From Gemmatimonadota bacterium (GTDB taxonomy: Bacteria; Gemmatimonadota; Gemmatimonadetes; Gemmatimonadales; GWC2-71-9), in contig PNAE01000004.1 in the NCBI GenBank assembly GCA_003169895.1, positions 74,487-138,486 of the forward strand: DNA of 64,000 bases, written 5' to 3'. Both the position numbers and the translations under genes were made by a program. The notes under the pieces are model-generated. The model was given only the letters and a program-made list of their open reading frames with translations, did not search any database and was not told the origin of the DNA. Positions 1 through 9,662 of the stretch are shown here, piece after piece; position 1 is the first letter of the stretch; each line of letters starts with the position of its first letter.

Positions 1-2
1 CA

Positions 3-446
3 CAGCTGGAACTGTCGCCGTCACTGGCCGCGTTCAGCGACATCGACGGCCATCAGGTCAACACCAGCGAACGCCAGCCGCTCGGTGCGTTCGACCTGTT
101 CAACTTCTCGGCGAAGATCGATCCGGTGGCAACCATGCTGGTCCAGAACCAGCGTCAGGTGATCCCGGATTTCTACGGCCTCACGACCTCGTTCCGGCGC
201 AGCCGGCTCAAGGCCGACGTCGTGGTGCTGGCGGACGAGCCCGGTGCGCCGTGGGTCAAGTACATCCACGGCGAGCGCGGCAAGGGGACGTGGACCTTCT
301 TCGGGGGACACGATCCCGAAGACCCGCAGCATGCGATTGGCAACGCGCCGACCGACCTGTCGTTGCATCCGCATTCACCCGGCTACCGGTTGCTCCTCAA
401 CAACGTCCTGTTCCCGGCGGCGAAGAAGCGGGAACTCAAGACGTGA
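3..446 (+). CDS. hypothetical protein, C-terminal fragment (gene starts upstream of the window)
   Basis: The frame is open from base 3 to TGA 444-446; the track lists only the part after an internal GTG at 126. I cannot assign any motif with confidence. The stop overlaps the next start (GTGA 443-446). Confidence 0.5.
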   Translation, partial: QLELSPSLAAFSDIDGHQVNTSERQPLGAFDLFNFSAKIDPVATMLVQNQRQVIPDFYGLTTSFRRSRLKADVVVLADEPGAPWVKYIHGERGKGTWTFFGGHDPEDPQHAIGNAPTDLSLHPHSPGYRLLLNNVLFPAAKKRELKT

Positions 447-2947
447 CGGATCGCCTCTCTCCCGCCGCGCGGGAGGTGCTCCGGCGTGAAATCCGCGCCG
501 CGTCGGGCAACGAGGTGTCCTTTGTCGCCACGGTAAGCGACGCCGGTGTGCTGACGTCGGCGCGAGCGGTGGCGCGCGGGACCGCCGACTGCGTCCTCGC
601 GCTCGCCGGCACCGCGCGTCGCGGCGAGATGCTGCTCCACAATCATCCCACGGGGCGGCTCGAGCCGTCGATGGCCGACCTGTCGATTGCCGCGCGCGCA
701 CACGACGGTGGCATCGGGTTCGGCATTGTCAGCAATGACGGTGAGCATCTGTACGTCGTCGTCGAGGTGCCGAAGGCCACGCCGGTCATCCGCATCGATC
801 CGTTCGATGTCATCGCGCAACTGGGCGAGCACGGCCCGATCGCGCGCGAACTGGGAAGCTACGAGAACCGACAGAGCCAGCGTGACCTGTCGGCTCACCT
901 GGCCGACGCCTACAACGATGGTGGAGTGTTGCTGCTCGAGGCGGGCACCGGTGTCGGCAAGTCGTTCGCCTACCTCGTGCCGGCGCTGGCATGGGCGCGC
1001 GCGAACCACGAACGCACCGTGGTGTCGACCAACACCATCAACCTGCAGGAACAGCTGGTTGGCAAGGACTTGCCGCTGCTGCGGCGCGCCCTCGGAGACG
1101 ACGAGTACGAACCGACGTTCGCGCTGCTCAAGGGATGGCGCAACTATCTCTGCCGCATGCGCCTGGAAACGGCGTCCGCAAACCAGCATTCGCTGCTCGA
1201 GGGCGACAAGCTCGACGAACTCGTCAACCTGACTGCGTGGGCGGCGCATACCGAGGACGGCACACTGGCCGACCTGCCGGTCGCGCCGTCGAGCGAGGTC
1301 TGGGACGAGGTGGCCGCGGAGGCCGACCTGTGCCCGCGGCTCCACTGCCGGCACTTCGACCGGTGCTTCGTGTTCCAGGCGAGACGGCGCGCGGCGCAAG
1401 CCGATGTCGTGGTGGTCAATCATCATCTGCTCGCCGCGGACCTCGCGGTGCGGCAGGCATCGGACAACTGGCAAGAAGCCGCGGTGCTCCCGCCCTACAA
1501 TCGATTGATCCTCGATGAGGCACATCACCTCGAAGACGTCGCCGCCGGCCACCTCGGTGTCCAGGTGTCGAGTCGCGGTGCGCAGCGGCTGCTCAACCGG
1601 CTCGAGCGGAAGGGGAAGGGCCTGTTGCCCGCGTTGCAATACGACCTCACTACCGCGGACGACCTGTTGAACCGCGCCTCGCTCGACTTGCTGCGAGAGC
1701 GGCTGCTGCCGGCGGTGGCGCAGGCGCGTACCAGTGCGGAAGCCGTCTTCCTGCGGCTGTTCGAACATGTCGGCGCCGGTCCAGCCGGCCAGCTACGGCT
1801 CGACGAGGACTTCAGCCGCCACGCAATCTGGGACGCAGGCCTGACGCGTGAGCTGGACCATACGGTGGCCGGCTTCCGGACGGTGGCGGAGCTGGTCGAA
1901 ACCGTGGCCGATCGCATGGCGCAGGCCGAGACGACCGAGCGCAGACAGCAACTGATCAACGAATGCCGCGGCGTCGTGCGCCGCTTGGAAGCGTTGATCG
2001 ACGGGCTCAACGCGACGCTGCGCCCGGCCGCCGGGCGCCCGCCGGAGGTGCGCTGGATGGAACGCACCGGCACCAAGTCGCAGGCGCTACAGTTGTCGGC
2101 AGTGCCACTGGACCTCGCACCGATGCTGCGCGAGCTGTTGTTCGACCGCCTGGAAACGGTCGCCCTCACCAGCGCCACGCTCGCCGCCGGCGGCGAGTTC
2201 AGCTTTCTCGCGTCGCGCATCGGACTCGCCGGCGAAGGCTCGCCGGTGACCGTGCAGGAGATCTTCCCGTCGCCGTTCCCGTACGAAGACCACTGCCTCC
2301 TCGGCTTGCCCGATGACATTCCTGACCCGCGCGAAGATGAGGCGGCGCACGACGCGGCAATCGCCCAGGTCGTTCACGATCTCGCGTGGGCCAGCGACGG
2401 CGGCATCTTTGTCCTGTTCACGTCGCACGCCGCACTGCGTCGCGCGGCGATCGCGGTCCGCCAGCAGCTGGGCCACCGCTTCCCGATCCTGGTGCAGGGC
2501 GAGGGACAGCGCGACCACTTGATTCGCCGCTTCCGCGAGGCCGGCAACGCCATCCTGCTCGGCACCGACTCGTTCTGGGAAGGCGTTGACGTTCCAGGTC
2601 GAGCCCTGCGTGGGCTGGTGCTCGCCAAGCTACCTTTCAAGGTGCCGTCCGAGCCGCTCACTGCGGCGCGGCTGGAGCGCCTCGCCGAGCAGGGAGAGGA
2701 CGGCTTTTTCGGCTACCTGCTGCCGCACGCGGCGCTCAAGCTGAAGCAGGGGTTCGGGCGGCTGATTCGCGGGGCCGAGGACGTGGGGGTGGTGTTGCTG
2801 CTTGACCGGCGAGTGATCACCCGGCGTTATGGGCCGATGCTGCTGGAAGGATTGCCCCCGGCCGAACGCGTGATTGGGTCGTGGGCACACGTGCGAACCA
2901 AGTGTGAGGACTTCTTCGCCAGGCACGGAATCGGAGCCGCGACATGA
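443..2947 (+). CDS. dinG: RadC-like JAB/MPN+ domain fused to a DinG/XPD-family Fe-S DNA helicase
   Basis: I chose GTG 443 because the track start at 251 runs through the upstream gene. The N-terminal ~115 aa carry GNEVSF...HNHPTGRLEPSMAD (E...HxHx7Sx2D JAMM motif). The helicase part has Walker A GTGVGKS, a DEAH box (LDEAHHLED), four Cys (YLCRM, DLCPRLHCRHFDRCF) and the C-terminal motif LLGTDSFWEGVD. Confidence 0.85.
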   Translation: MTDRLSPAAREVLRREIRAASGNEVSFVATVSDAGVLTSARAVARGTADCVLALAGTARRGEMLLHNHPTGRLEPSMADLSIAARAHDGGIGFGIVSNDGEHLYVVVEVPKATPVIRIDPFDVIAQLGEHGPIARELGSYENRQSQRDLSAHLADAYNDGGVLLLEAGTGVGKSFAYLVPALAWARANHERTVVSTNTINLQEQLVGKDLPLLRRALGDDEYEPTFALLKGWRNYLCRMRLETASANQHSLLEGDKLDELVNLTAWAAHTEDGTLADLPVAPSSEVWDEVAAEADLCPRLHCRHFDRCFVFQARRRAAQADVVVVNHHLLAADLAVRQASDNWQEAAVLPPYNRLILDEAHHLEDVAAGHLGVQVSSRGAQRLLNRLERKGKGLLPALQYDLTTADDLLNRASLDLLRERLLPAVAQARTSAEAVFLRLFEHVGAGPAGQLRLDEDFSRHAIWDAGLTRELDHTVAGFRTVAELVETVADRMAQAETTERRQQLINECRGVVRRLEALIDGLNATLRPAAGRPPEVRWMERTGTKSQALQLSAVPLDLAPMLRELLFDRLETVALTSATLAAGGEFSFLASRIGLAGEGSPVTVQEIFPSPFPYEDHCLLGLPDDIPDPREDEAAHDAAIAQVVHDLAWASDGGIFVLFTSHAALRRAAIAVRQQLGHRFPILVQGEGQRDHLIRRFREAGNAILLGTDSFWEGVDVPGRALRGLVLAKLPFKVPSEPLTAARLERLAEQGEDGFFGYLLPHAALKLKQGFGRLIRGAEDVGVVLLLDRRVITRRYGPMLLEGLPPAERVIGSWAHVRTKCEDFFARHGIGAAT

Positions 2948-3570
2948 TAGTGGTGCAACCGAGCAAGATCGTCTGCGTCGGCCGCAACTACGCGGCGCAT
3001 GCGCGCGAGCTCGGCAACGTCGTCCCGAAGCAGCCGCTGCTGTTCTTCAAGCCGCCCTCGTCACTGATTGGCACGGGCGACGCGATCGTGATGCCGGCCG
3101 AGTCCCGCCAGGTGGAATACGAGGCCGAGATCGGCGTCGTGATGGGGAAGCGCGCGCGGCGGGTCGCGAAGGATGACGCGATGGCCCATGTGCGTGGGTT
3201 CACCTGCGCCAACGATGTTACTTGTCGCGATCTTCAGAAGACCGACGGACAGTGGGGCCGCGCCAAGGGGTTCGATACGTTTTGTGCGGTCGGACCGGTG
3301 GTCGGCGAAGGGCTCGATTGGCGCAAGCTGGAAGTCATCGGCCGCTTGAACGGCGAGGAGCGTCAGCGGGCACCCGCCAGCGACATGATCTTCGGCATTC
3401 CCGAGCTGATCGCGTACATCAGCCACATCATGACGCTGGAAGCAGGCGACCTGATTCTCACCGGCACGCCCGATGGTGTGGGGACGATCGCCGCTGGTGA
3501 CGTCGTGGAGGTGGAGATCCCGGGTGTCGGAATATTGCGGAATCCGGTTCGCGGAGATGAGACAGGATGA
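2944..3570 (+). CDS. fumarylacetoacetate hydrolase (FAH) family protein
   Basis: 208 aa. KIVCVGRNYAAHARELG, PLLFFKPPSS, YEAEIGVVMGK and GFDTFCAVGP are typical of FAH/2-keto-4-pentenoate hydratase-like enzymes. ATGA overlap with the dinG stop. Confidence 0.85.
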   Translation: MIVVQPSKIVCVGRNYAAHARELGNVVPKQPLLFFKPPSSLIGTGDAIVMPAESRQVEYEAEIGVVMGKRARRVAKDDAMAHVRGFTCANDVTCRDLQKTDGQWGRAKGFDTFCAVGPVVGEGLDWRKLEVIGRLNGEERQRAPASDMIFGIPELIAYISHIMTLEAGDLILTGTPDGVGTIAAGDVVEVEIPGVGILRNPVRGDETG

Positions 3571-4763
3571 TCAAGCTCAGTGAGCGGGTAGCGCGGCTGC
3601 CGGATTACACGCTGGCGAACATTCCGACGATCAAGCGGCGCCTGATCGCCGCTGGAATGGATGTAATCGATCTCGGCGCAGGCGACATGGACGGCCCGCC
3701 GCCGGCCGCGACGATTGATGCGCTGCGTGAAGCCCTCAATGTGACTGCGATGCACAAGTATGGGTTCCAGCAGGGACTTCCGGCGTTTCGCGAGGCGGCG
3801 GTAGGATGGATCGAGCGGCGGTTCGGGCAACGATTTGATGCGGTGAAGGAGATGCTCCCGTTGATCGGGTCGAAGGAAGGGTTGTCCCATCTTCCGTTAA
3901 CTGTGTGCAACGCGGGTGATGCCGTGATCGTGCCCGAGCCTGGGTATCAGGGCTACATCGGTGGGGCGGTGCTCTCGGGTTCGGAGCCGGTCATCGTTCC
4001 GCTCCGGCCGGAAAACCGGTTTCTCGTGGAGCTCGATCAGTTGCCGGTGGACACGCTTCGTCGCGCCAAGGTCGCCTATGTCAACTATCCAAACAATCCA
4101 ACGGCGGCGATCGCGCCGCGCGACTACCTGGAGCGCCTGGTCGCGGCCTGCCGCAAGCACGGCATCGTACTGGCATACGACAATGCGTACTGCGACATCA
4201 CCTTCGACGGGTACGTCGCACCGAGCATCTTCGAGATCGAGGGTGCGCGGGATGTGGCGGTGGAATTCTTCTCCATGTCGAAGTCGTTCCAGATGACGGG
4301 GTGGCGGGTCGGCTTTGCGATCGGAAATGCCACGCTCATCGGCGCACTCACGAAGGTGAAGAGCTACATCGACACCGGGCCGTTCCTGGCGCTGCAACAG
4401 GCGTCGGCCTGGACGCTGGATCACGCCGAAGAACTCAACCGTCCGATTGTGGAGGAACTGACCCGCCGTCGCGACGTCGCCGTCGCCGCGTTGACCGAAG
4501 GCGGATTCGCGGTGGAAACGCCCAAGGCAGCGATGTATCTCTGGGTGCCGCTGCCGGCAGGATTGCCCTCGGCCGAATTCAGCTCGCGCGCGTTGGAGGA
4601 GGAGGGAGTCGTCACGTTGCCGGGCAGCGGGTTTGGCCCGGGAGGCGAGGGCTTTGTCCGCATCGCCCTGACCGTGCCGCCCGCGAGGCTGCGGGAAGCG
4701 GTGACGCGCCTTGGCCGTACGCTGGCAGCGTGCGAAGGAGCGATTGGTGCCGGCACGACCTGA
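3567..4763 (+). CDS. class I/II pyridoxal-phosphate aminotransferase (LL-diaminopimelate/aspartate aminotransferase-like)
   Basis: 398 aa. YVNYPNNPT and SMSKSFQMTGWRVGF (PLP-lysine SxSK...R) motifs. ATGA overlap with the upstream stop. Confidence 0.85.
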   Translation: MIKLSERVARLPDYTLANIPTIKRRLIAAGMDVIDLGAGDMDGPPPAATIDALREALNVTAMHKYGFQQGLPAFREAAVGWIERRFGQRFDAVKEMLPLIGSKEGLSHLPLTVCNAGDAVIVPEPGYQGYIGGAVLSGSEPVIVPLRPENRFLVELDQLPVDTLRRAKVAYVNYPNNPTAAIAPRDYLERLVAACRKHGIVLAYDNAYCDITFDGYVAPSIFEIEGARDVAVEFFSMSKSFQMTGWRVGFAIGNATLIGALTKVKSYIDTGPFLALQQASAWTLDHAEELNRPIVEELTRRRDVAVAALTEGGFAVETPKAAMYLWVPLPAGLPSAEFSSRALEEEGVVTLPGSGFGPGGEGFVRIALTVPPARLREAVTRLGRTLAACEGAIGAGTT

Positions 4764-5610
4764 CCGGGAATTCCACCTGCCGCGCCGGTCCCGTATCCCG
4801 TGGTGGCTCTGGGTCATCGCAGCCGCGGTGCACATACCCCTCGTGTACCTGTTGATCTGGTCGCCGAACCCGCGCGTCCCCACGACCCTCTCCGTGCGCA
4901 CCATTGCACTGGGCGATTCGGTGCGCGCCGTGACGCTGCCGGACGCGCGTGATCGGCGCCGTGCGGCGACGGTGAGGCCAACGGCGCATCCCGCGCCAGC
5001 GGCGGGACCCGCGCTGGCGGCACCGCTGGTCACGCCGCGCATGACGCCGGCAGCGACGCTCGCGCAGGCCATGCTACCGGCGCCGGTCGACACACCGCCG
5101 CGCGGCGGGCCACCCGGCATCCGACCGCGCTTCGGCGATGGGCGCCTGTGGGTGCAGCCCCTGCCCGAGTCGCCGCGTCAGATCGCCAGCGCACTCACGG
5201 GCCAGTCGCCGGCGGAACTGGCCGACAGCGCGGTGGCGAAGATCATCCAGTCGTATCTCGAGGAGATGGCGAAGGAACGCGCCGAGTCGCCGACAGCGCT
5301 GCCGAGCTGGACCACCAAGATCGGCGGCAAGACCGTCGGGCTCGATCAGAAGTGGATCTACCTCGGCCCGCTCAAGATCCCGACCGCGCTGCTTGCGTTG
5401 CTGCCGATCAAGCTGCAGGGGAACATGTCGAATTACCAATTCAACCAGCAGCTGCAGCAGATGCGCGCCGACCTGTTCGAGGCCGCGCGCCGGTCAGAGA
5501 ATTATGATGAGTTCAAGGAGGCCGTGAAGGACCTGCACCAGCAGAAGGAACATGAGCGCGAATTCAAGCGGAACCAGCGAACACCTCCGGACACGAGCAA
5601 GCACGGATGA
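4711..5610 (+). CDS. hypothetical membrane-anchored protein
   Basis: One N-terminal TM helix (IPWWLWVIAAAVHIPLVYLLIW), a Pro/Ala-rich linker and a charged C-terminal helix region. The start is uncertain: ATG 4711 overlaps the upstream gene by 53 nt, and the alternatives are TTG 4744 or GTG 4747. Confidence 0.6.
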   Translation: MAVRWQRAKERLVPARPDREFHLPRRSRIPWWLWVIAAAVHIPLVYLLIWSPNPRVPTTLSVRTIALGDSVRAVTLPDARDRRRAATVRPTAHPAPAAGPALAAPLVTPRMTPAATLAQAMLPAPVDTPPRGGPPGIRPRFGDGRLWVQPLPESPRQIASALTGQSPAELADSAVAKIIQSYLEEMAKERAESPTALPSWTTKIGGKTVGLDQKWIYLGPLKIPTALLALLPIKLQGNMSNYQFNQQLQQMRADLFEAARRSENYDEFKEAVKDLHQQKEHEREFKRNQRTPPDTSKHG

Positions 5611-6050
5611 AGCTGATCGACAACGCCGAAACGGTCGTGCTGGTCATCTCGGCCGACGTTGGTCCGACGTCGGACGATTGTTTCGCCGCGCACCTGCTCA
5701 AGGACGCTGTCGACGGCCGTGGCGCGGGTCATCCCTACCGCCGGGCGGTGATCGTCAGTGACGTGGCGTGGTTCGACACGCCAATGTTTCATGAGAGCCC
5801 CACGATCACCATCGGCGGGCCCGGCGTGAACGGCGTCGCCGGGCGGTTCGGCAGCGACCTCCCCACCGTCTGGTCCGATCACGACCGTTCGGTGATTCAG
5901 GCGGACTTCGGCGACGGCCCCAAGCGTGCGGCGCTCTGGGGGAACGACGCGGCCGCGACCGGTGCGGCAGTGGATGCGTTCATTGCGCGCGGCTGGCTGG
6001 ACGAATTCCTCGATCGGTGCTGGCGGTTCCGTGCCGGCGCCTTTGCCTGA
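5607..6050 (+). CDS. hypothetical protein
   Basis: 147 aa with the compositional look of coding sequence. ATGA overlap with the upstream stop (5607-5610). No recognisable motif. Confidence 0.55.
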   Translation: MKLIDNAETVVLVISADVGPTSDDCFAAHLLKDAVDGRGAGHPYRRAVIVSDVAWFDTPMFHESPTITIGGPGVNGVAGRFGSDLPTVWSDHDRSVIQADFGDGPKRAALWGNDAAATGAAVDAFIARGWLDEFLDRCWRFRAGAFA

Positions 6051-6084
6051 CGTCGCCCGCCAAGCGCCGCGAACGCCGCCTGCC

Positions 6085-7932
6085 GTGAGGAATGCCGTGG
6101 TTCGCTGCAACCGGATCATCCGTTCAGCCAGCGTGTTACTCTGCGTGCCGGTGTTCGCATGGGCGCAATCGTCGCAGCCGCCGCTGGCTCCGAACACGGC
6201 GTATGCGCCGATCACCGGTCCGATCGCACGAATCCTCTCGGGGGACCGCGCGTTTGCGACCACGAACTACGTCCAGCAGTTCTACCGTGACCCGGGCAGT
6301 CGGGGGTTCGACGCGGCGATCGACAGCGTGACCCACCTGCTGGCGGCAGCGGGGTATGTACCTCAGGGCGTCGGGTACATCCCGGAGCAGCCGCCCGGCG
6401 CGCCGGGGCGGCTGACCTATCGGATCGAGTCGCGCCCGTTGCGCGGCCTGGTGTGGTCGCCGCTGGATGCGTCGATCACACTGGCGGGCCACGTGGCGCC
6501 GCTCGAGCAGTGGTCGAGCAACCACAACATGCTGCCCAGCAACTCGTGGTCCACGCCACCGGGAGGCGTCGACGCGGAAGTGGTCGATGTCGGTGCCGGC
6601 ACCGACGCCGAGCTCGACCGGGCGAGCGTGCGCGGCAAGATTGCCTATAGCGAGTCACCGGGCGGCGTGCCGCGCGGGAGCAGAGCCAATGGCGCCGCGT
6701 TGGGATTCGTGCAGCGGGCAGCCACCCGCGGTGCGGTCGGCGTGTTCATCGGTCAGCGGCTGCCGGCGTACAACCAGCAGGAAAAGAATCGCACGGCGAT
6801 CACCTTCAGCGCGATTCCCTTCGACACCGCCGCGCGGGTGTTTGCGGTGTATGTGTCACTCGCCGCTCGCGATTCGTTGAACGCCGCGCTGGCGGCGGGT
6901 CCCGTGCGCGCTCACGTCGTGACGAGCACCGTGTTCGAGCAGCGGCCGGAGCGCACGCTGATCGCGGAGATTCGCGGCGCGGTCGCGCCGGATGAACGGT
7001 TCGTCTACTCCGCGCACGTCCAGGAGCCGGGTGCCAACGACAATGCCACCGGCGTGGGGTTGCTGGCGGAGATGGCCCGTACGGCCGCCGTGATGCTGCG
7101 AGCGGGTCAGATCAACCCTGGCCGCACCATCACGATGTTGTGGGGTGTGGAGATTCAGCAGACCCAGCGCTTCATCGCCGAGGACTCGGCCCGGCGCAAG
7201 GGAATCAAGTGGGGCATGTCTCTCGACATGGTCGGCGAGAACACGGCGCGCACCGGCGGTACGTTCCTCATCGAGAAGATGCCCGACCCATCGAAGATCT
7301 GGGTGCGCGGTGAGGATCAGCACACCGAGTGGGGCACCGGGCAGTCGATGACCGCCAAGGACATCTGGCCGTACTGGTACAACGATTTTGTGAAGCAGCG
7401 TTGCGTCGATCAGTCTGTCGCGACCGGTGGCGACTGGGTCGTCAAGGCGAACCCTTACGAAGGCGGCAGCGACCACACTCCGTTCGTGGCGGCCGGGATC
7501 CCGGGCGTTCTGATGTGGCACTTTACCGACCAGCACTACCACGACGATCTCGACCGGATCGACATGGTGAGTGCCGCGGAATTGCAGCACGTCGGCAATT
7601 GTGCGCTGGCGACGGCGTTGATCCTCACCGCGGCAGATCACCCCGAGTACGCGAGCGCCGCGATCGCCGAGTTGGCCGGGATTGCGGAGCGGCGGCTGGA
7701 TGCGGAAGGGAAGCTGTCGCGCGATGCGCTGCTCCGGCCGGACGCCGACTCTGCCCGCGAGCGCACGATCATCGAGGCGTGGCGGGACTACTATGTGGCT
7801 GCGCTCGCCAAGGTCCCGGACATGACGCTACCTCACCAGGCGCTCGCCGCCGAGGTTGCCGCGGGGCAGGAACGAGTCGGGCGGAAAGCGGCGCAGGTGC
7901 TGTTCCTGATCACACCGAGGCAGCCGGAGTAG
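6085..7932 (+). CDS. secreted M28-family aminopeptidase with PA domain
   Basis: GTG 6085 gives the signal-like N-terminus VRNAVVRCNRIIRSASVLLCVPVFAWA; the track start at 5926 overlaps the upstream gene. Metal-ligand motifs are HVQEPGANDNATGVG, SLDMVGEN and GGSDHTPF. Confidence 0.8.
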   Translation: MRNAVVRCNRIIRSASVLLCVPVFAWAQSSQPPLAPNTAYAPITGPIARILSGDRAFATTNYVQQFYRDPGSRGFDAAIDSVTHLLAAAGYVPQGVGYIPEQPPGAPGRLTYRIESRPLRGLVWSPLDASITLAGHVAPLEQWSSNHNMLPSNSWSTPPGGVDAEVVDVGAGTDAELDRASVRGKIAYSESPGGVPRGSRANGAALGFVQRAATRGAVGVFIGQRLPAYNQQEKNRTAITFSAIPFDTAARVFAVYVSLAARDSLNAALAAGPVRAHVVTSTVFEQRPERTLIAEIRGAVAPDERFVYSAHVQEPGANDNATGVGLLAEMARTAAVMLRAGQINPGRTITMLWGVEIQQTQRFIAEDSARRKGIKWGMSLDMVGENTARTGGTFLIEKMPDPSKIWVRGEDQHTEWGTGQSMTAKDIWPYWYNDFVKQRCVDQSVATGGDWVVKANPYEGGSDHTPFVAAGIPGVLMWHFTDQHYHDDLDRIDMVSAAELQHVGNCALATALILTAADHPEYASAAIAELAGIAERRLDAEGKLSRDALLRPDADSARERTIIEAWRDYYVAALAKVPDMTLPHQALAAEVAAGQERVGRKAAQVLFLITPRQPE

Positions 7933-8014
7933 GTCTCGACTCGCTGCTTCGCAACTCGTTCGACCGGACGGGTGGTGCTGCGCAGAGTTCGCTGGCGGCG
8001 GATGCGATAACCGG

Positions 8015-9430
8015 CTATCCGCCCGCCCGGCCAATCCGCGCCAGACTCTCTTCCCGTCCCACGACCGCCAGCAGCTCCGGAACCGGTTCCGACACCGTGC
8101 CACCGGTCAACGCCACACGGATCGGCTGCATCACGTCCCCCAGCTTCACACCGGTGGATTCGGCGAGCCGCTTGAGCGCGGCCTCGAGCAACGCGGCATT
8201 CCACTCGCTCGCATCGCAGACGCTCAGCGCCTGGTGGACCAGCCGCAGGTTGGCGGCGAAGCGATCGCCCAGCTTGGCGGCGAACTGCGAACCCTTGTCG
8301 TCCCGCACGATCCGGGATGCGTCCAGCCGTACGGCGATCTGTTCGGCGAGGTGCGTCACGGTGCGTGACCGTGTCTTGACCGCGTCGATCAATGGCGCAA
8401 GGTCACGCTCGGTTTGCACGTGCAACAAGTCCAGCTGACGCCGCACCGGCGCCAGCAGTTCCAGGACCGGGAGCATCGACAGGTACTGGCCGTTCATCCA
8501 TTCGAGCTTCGCTGCGTCGAATACGGCGGCCTTCTTCTGGATATGCTCCAGGGTGAACCGCGCAATCAGGTCGGATTCCGGCAGGATCTCATCGTTGCCG
8601 CCGGGCGACCACCCGAGCAGCGCGAGGAAGTTGCGCATCGCCGCCGGGAGGATGCCCATGTCCCGGTAATCACCAACGGCGGTCGCGCCGTGACGCTTGG
8701 AGAGCTTCTTGCCATCGGTACCCAGGATCATCGGCACGTGGGCAAACACCGGTGGCTCGTGCCCGAGGGCGCGATACAGCGCAATCTGCTTGGGCGTGTT
8801 CGAGATATGGTCGTCGCCGCGGATGACATGCGTGATTGCCATCGCTATATCATCGGATACTACAGCCATGTTGTAGATGGCGGAGCCGTCGGAGCGCAAG
8901 ATGATGAAATCGTCCAGGTCACGGCCCTGCCACGAAATGTGGCCATGTACCGCGTCGTCCCAGGCGATCTCGGCATCGGGCATCGCAAAGCGGATGGCGT
9001 ACGGCATTCCTGCCGTTTTGCGGCGCGCCTGCTCGGCCGCTGGGAGTTCGTGACGGGCGCGCTCGAACCGGAACGGCGCGCCGAGCGCCTTGGCCTTCGC
9101 GCGTTCGATATCGAGCTCGCTGGCTGTGAGATAATCCTTGTACGCGCGTCCCGCGGCGAGCAGGCGCTCCGCATCGGCATGATGGCGCTCGGCGTAGGCA
9201 CCTTGGAAGAACGGCCCTTCGTCCCAGCCGACGCCGAGCCACGATAGTCCGTCAAGAATCACCTGCGTGTGTGCAGGCGTGCTGCGCTCCTTGTCGGTGT
9301 CCTCGATCCGCAGCACGAATGTGCCACCGGTGGCCCGGGCATACAGCCAGTTGAACAGCGCCGTCCGGGCGCCGCCGACATGGAGATAGCCGGTGGGCGA
9401 CGGCGCGAAACGGACGCGGGGTGCGGTCAT
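8015..9430 (-). CDS. gltX: glutamyl-tRNA synthetase
   Basis: RFAPSPTGYLHVGGART (HIGH) and KLSKRHG (KMSKS). ATG 9430 is preceded by AAGGAG 10 nt upstream; the track start at 9457 adds 9 aa. Confidence 0.95.
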   Translation of the reverse strand: MTAPRVRFAPSPTGYLHVGGARTALFNWLYARATGGTFVLRIEDTDKERSTPAHTQVILDGLSWLGVGWDEGPFFQGAYAERHHADAERLLAAGRAYKDYLTASELDIERAKAKALGAPFRFERARHELPAAEQARRKTAGMPYAIRFAMPDAEIAWDDAVHGHISWQGRDLDDFIILRSDGSAIYNMAVVSDDIAMAITHVIRGDDHISNTPKQIALYRALGHEPPVFAHVPMILGTDGKKLSKRHGATAVGDYRDMGILPAAMRNFLALLGWSPGGNDEILPESDLIARFTLEHIQKKAAVFDAAKLEWMNGQYLSMLPVLELLAPVRRQLDLLHVQTERDLAPLIDAVKTRSRTVTHLAEQIAVRLDASRIVRDDKGSQFAAKLGDRFAANLRLVHQALSVCDASEWNAALLEAALKRLAESTGVKLGDVMQPIRVALTGGTVSEPVPELLAVVGREESLARIGRAGG

Positions 9431-9530
9431 GACGATGCGGCTCCTTGGGCTCGGCACAGCGAAGGTCGCGGGACGGCGATCCTCCGGGCTGCGCCCTCAG
9501 GACGGTCCTCGCGACCTGATACAATGTCAG

Positions 9531-9621
9531 CGGAGCGAGAGGGATTCGAACCCTCGTTAGGAGGTTACCCCCCTAAAACGGTTTAGCAAACCGCCGCCTT
9601 CAGCCACTCGGCCATCGCTCC
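9531..9621 (-). tRNA. tRNA-Ser (anticodon GCT)
   Basis: Hand-folded cloverleaf: acceptor GGAGCGA/TCGCTCC, anticodon loop TTGCTAA, long variable arm, T-loop GGTTCGAATCC. CCA is not encoded. Confidence 0.9.
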
Positions 9622-9662
9622 GAACTCGGGGCAGAAGATAATGCGCGGGCCGGAAAAATGGT

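Noticed and set aside
383-1768. 461-aa ORF on the minus strand
   Set aside because: It is antisense to the JAB-DinG gene, which carries Walker A, DEAH and Fe-S motifs.
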